From: Nemertoderma westbladi
Taxonomy: Eukaryota > Animalia > Xenacoelomorpha
Assembly: GCA_032718475.1 (NCBI GenBank)
Contig: JAUCBJ010004445.1
Location: 1-51,767, forward strand
Direction of reading: 5' to 3'
DNA: 51,767 bases
Shown: positions 47,501 to 51,767 of the stretch, in pieces
Numbering within the stretch: the stretch's first letter is position 1
Layout: each line of letters opens with the position of its first letter
Position numbers and translations under genes: made by a program
The notes under the pieces: model-generated
Databases searched by the model: none
The model's input: the letters and a program-made list of their open reading frames with translations, nothing else
Told to the model about the DNA's origin: nothing

Positions 47501-50500
47501 ATGTTTTTAAAAGATATTTCTTCCCACCAAGGTGGACCCAAAATGAAGTTATACTTAAAGAAAGACCACGAGGTAAAGGGAAAAGTGTGGAGGGGGGGGG
47601 GGGGGGGGGGGTATGCGTCGAATTACACGAGGGGAGACGAACTGGACTCGTTAATTTTATATTACTCGAAATTGTATGTAATATATTTTCGCTCCCAGTC
47701 TACACTCGTTCTATATACCGGTAACCCATTAATATTAATATATACTACTCAGTCGTTTGTACATAATACGAAGCCTGTAAGTTATAGTCACCGAAACATT
47801 TCAGCTCGGAAATTATAATATATGAATCAAGGATGTCTCTCTTATGATCTACATAGAATAGATATGGTTATTGATACTGTTACATTGTGATAATGGATTC
47901 TAGGTTTCTTTCACTGGTAAATCCGTATAAAAGTTGAAGTAATAAAATTGAATTACAGAACCATAGTTCGAAGATCAGCATTTTTCATACCAGTCATTGC
48001 TTAGAAATTTTACAGGATAATATTGTTAATCTGACTTAAGTTGTTTAGGTTGAACAAAGTCTACATAGTAAACAACAGGTCCTCCAAAGAGTGTGTCTTT
48101 GGTATATTATATCATGAAGGGGGAAGTTAGATTCACTGCATAAATGCAGTTTATCTAACTTCCCCCAAATATCTACTGTTGAATAAAATTGAAGCCATAT
48201 ATTAAGTCCGAAGAGGTGCGAGTCTTTTAATAAATTGTGTGGTCCATTTGTTATCTGATCTCTACTATTTATTGTTTAAAGTTCATTTAAGATCACACTG
48301 GTTTTTAGAATATTACAACCTTATTTATTATTAATTTATACAATTGAACCCTTATAAGGACCGGTTATTTGTACACATACTCCTAATGCGCTCAGTAAGG
48401 TCCATACAACATATTAATATGAAAATAAATTATCTGCAACGAAAAGAACCCAATAATACACCATTTGACCTTATTAAAAAAAATTGCACATTTGCACACA
48501 TATTTGCACAAGTGCACTTAAGCGGATCCTAAAGGTGGTTCCTATTTAACACACTTATGTCTATTCTCTACCGATCTACGATGGTGCATGATCAAGTGTC
48601 AGTCGCTAAAAGTGTCAAAAATCCAATTTAATAAATCGCGACATTTGCGATTTTGGACCATATTCATGGACATTTTAAGTCACTTTATAGACATAAAAAG
48701 ATAAACAAATGTTAAGATTATAGTTAGAAATCACTCCAAACTACATTTTAACCCAAGTAATAACATTCTACGATGAATAGAACTGGAAATAATAGTGTTT
48801 GAAATATCGAAAAAATGTCCACTATTTAAGTGCATTTTGCACTAAGTGCACAAGCGTCTTTTCCCAAGTTGTATCCTATTTCACACACTACAATCTATCC
48901 TCTATCCAATGAAAAAAGATTCAGATCAAACGGCCCAATAGAACCGAAGTTATTGATGTTTAAAAATAGTCACTCGAAAATTTCAAATTATATTGGTCAC
49001 GTAGTCTAGTGGTTATCAATCATGTTAATGAAACCTAAGTTCGTGGGTACGAAATCCAATATTGACCATTCTTATTTTTTTGTAAAAAAATTTTTTTTTA
49101 TTTTTTCACTAAAATCGCTCTAACTTCGGTTCTGATGGTCCAAATTCAATAAAATTTGTATATTCTTTGCCGTAATTTTTTTTTCTATCTTTTGAGAGGG
49201 GGTCATTTTTGGCCCCAAAAAAAAATGAAAAAAAGGGCCAAAATTACGCGATATTTTTCGACCCTTAAAATTCGTAATTTTAATTATAAATGTTAAGAAA
49301 AAAGATAGCGGAGTTAATTTGCTACATTTTACAGGTAGTTTTGGCGCAAAGAGCTAAATTATCATAGAGTAGCGATTTATTAAAAAAAAAAATTTTTTCG
49401 TCCCTTTTTTTAAATATTTTATTTCACACGATCGTCTGCCGCAGCAGTTGTATAAAAGCTAATGCGCTGTAACTAACGCTGTTAGATAGATAATTTAACG
49501 CACTATAAGTCTGTGTAAACAAATCTCCCGTAAGTTAAGTAGTTTTCGAGCTAGACGATTTCCCGCGAAGCAAGTTTGAAGGGCGAAATTTTATTTTTGG
49601 CCCTCATTTTTTTAATAGCGTCCGCGGAGCAAAACCGATAGCATATTTGAATTCCCCGTATCGATATTGACTGTATAAAATGTACCTTAACCAACTAAAG
49701 TGAAAAATAAAAAATTATTCGATAAAAACTATTTTACATATTCTTGCCCTCTTTGGCCCCTATTGTTGACATATTTGTTGTACCCCCACTCGATAGGAAC
49801 GTAGCCCCAATGGTCTTCTACGAGTTTCAAAAAAGAATTAGTGGAATCCTACCCGCGTTGTCAAATTAAACATTTCGGAAATAAAATTTCGAAAAAAGCC
49901 GGACAAAAACGTAGAAATTTACGGCCCCTTTTTTCCACCCGAAATTTTAATAAATATCTTACCCCCATTCGATACGAAGGTAGTACCACTCTTCCCCTTT
50001 CCAACCGCGTTACTTTCGTCCCCGTACGATTAATATTAGCCGAGTTATAGCGGATTCCGCAAAGTCATTTTGTCCGTTTTTTCAACTTTGACGGACAATA
50101 GACGGAAAACAAGCCCGGAGGCGGGGTATTCCAAGATGTGGAAACGTCTAATTTAGACCCCCTCTTTCGATTCTCGGTGTCTCTGGATGCGTCAAATAGA
50201 GGTTTTTTAAGAGTCCTAGTGAAAAAAAGACAAAAAAACCAGACAATTGTCCGTCATGTCCGTCAAAACGATAGATTCGCTAAAAGCTCTGAAGAATCTT
50301 ATTTTTTTGGCATTACGCGTCCCCCCTCGAAAAATCGAGAAAATCGTACGGCTGGAAATAGGTCGAATGGGGGGGGGAACACCGTTTTCGCAGTAACTAC
50401 GCGTCCTCTATGTAGACTGCGTCCTTTAGAGGGGCGGCGAATTCACCTCACTCGACGCCGCCCTTACTGAATGTTTTTAAAAGATATTTCTTCCCACCAA

Positions 50501-51767
50501 GGTGGGCCCAAAATGAAGTTATACTTAAAGAAAGACTACGATGTAAAGGTAAAAGCGTGGAGGGGGGGGGGGGGGGGGGGGTATGCGTCGAATGACACGA
50601 GGGGAGACGAACTGGACTCGTTAATTTTATATTACTCGAAATTGTATGTAATATATTTTCGCTCCCAGTCTACACTCGTTCTATATACCGGTAACCCATT
50701 AATATTAATATATACTACTCAGTCGTTTGTACATAATACGAAGTCTGTAAGTTATAGTCACTGAAACATTTCAGCTCGGAAATTATAATATATGAATCAA
50801 GGATGTCTCTCTTATGATCTACATAGAATAAATATGGTTATTGATACTGTTACATTGTGATAATGGATTCTAGGTTTCTTTCACTGGTAAATCCGTATAA
50901 ATTTTGAAGTAATAAAATTTAATTACAGAACCATTGTTCGAAGATCAGCATTATTCATGCCAGTCATTGCTTAGAAATTTTACAGGATAATATTGTTAAT
51001 CTGACTTAAGTTTTTTAGGTTGAACAAAGTCTACATAGTAAACAACAGGTCCTCCAAAGAGTGTGTCTTTGTTATATTATATCATGAAGGGGGAAGTTAG
51101 ATTCACTGCATAAATGCAGTTTATCTAACTTCCCCCAAATATCCACTGATGATTAAAATTGAAGCAATATATTAAGTCCGAAAAGGTTCGAGTTTTTTAA
51201 TAAATTGTCTGGTCCATTTGTTATCTGATCTCTATTTATTGTTTAAAGTTCATTTAAGATCACACTGGTTTTTAGAATATTACAACCTTATTTATTATTA
51301 ATTTATACAATCGAACCCTTATAAGGACCGGTTATTTGTACACATACTCTTAATGCGCTCAGTAAGGTCCATACAACATATTAATATGAAAATAAATTAT
51401 CTGCAACGAAAAGAACCCAATAATAGACCATTTGACCTTATTAAAAAAAATTGCACATTTGCACCCATATTTGCACAAGTGCACTTTAGCGGATCCTAAA
51501 GGTGGTTCCTATTTAACACACTTATGTCTATTCTCTACCGATCTACGATGGTGCATGATCAAGTGTCAGTCGCTAAAAGTGTCAAAAATCCAATTTAATA
51601 AATCGCGACATTTGCGATTTTGGACCATATTCATGGACAGTTTAAGTCACTTTATAGACATAAAAAGATAAACAAATGTTAAGATTATAGTTAGAAATCA
51701 CTCCAAACTACATTTTAACCCAAGTAATAACATTCTACGATCAATAGAACTGGAAATAATAGTGTTT
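44548..51767. repeat. ~2970-bp head-to-tail macro-repeat, at least 2.4 near-identical copies, running off the window
   Basis: Matching short ORFs are offset by 2969-2971 (45373/48344, 46872/49841, 47501/50471). No coding capacity; internal hairpins and inverted repeats. Confidence 0.97.

Noticed and set aside
41430-51671. Recurrent short ORFs in the macro-repeat
   Set aside because: Frames and ends differ between copies and there are no motifs; recurrence reflects DNA duplication only.

Overview
AT-rich, intron-containing eukaryotic DNA, most likely from an invertebrate animal; it is not prokaryotic. Two convergent host genes can be reconstructed from exons. On the + strand are the last five coding exons of ACMSD (aminocarboxymuconate-semialdehyde decarboxylase; 11002-30891). 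On the - strand are the last two coding exons of an SLC37A4/G6PT-like MFS transporter (35132-34626). More than half of the window is tandem repeat: 49, 29/30, 71, 15, 32 and 32 bp arrays plus a ~2.97 kb macro-repeat. Most of the rest is mobile DNA: a probable LTR-element 3' end with a CCHC zinc-knuckle ORF, a disrupted RTE-like LINE, an intact two-ORF LINE, SINE-like and MITE-like pieces, and a Penelope-type hammerhead relic. The most striking observation is that two consecutive ACMSD 3' splice sites are themselves the repeat units of tandem arrays. About 290 copies of a 30-bp acceptor+exon-start unit fill a 9.5 kb intron with a polar divergence gradient. Twelve copies of a 71-bp branchpoint+acceptor+exon-start unit precede the last exon. 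In both cases only the most distal copy gives the normal protein. Most long ORFs in the supplied track (20.8-29.6 kb and 31.7-33.9 kb) are artefacts of these arrays.
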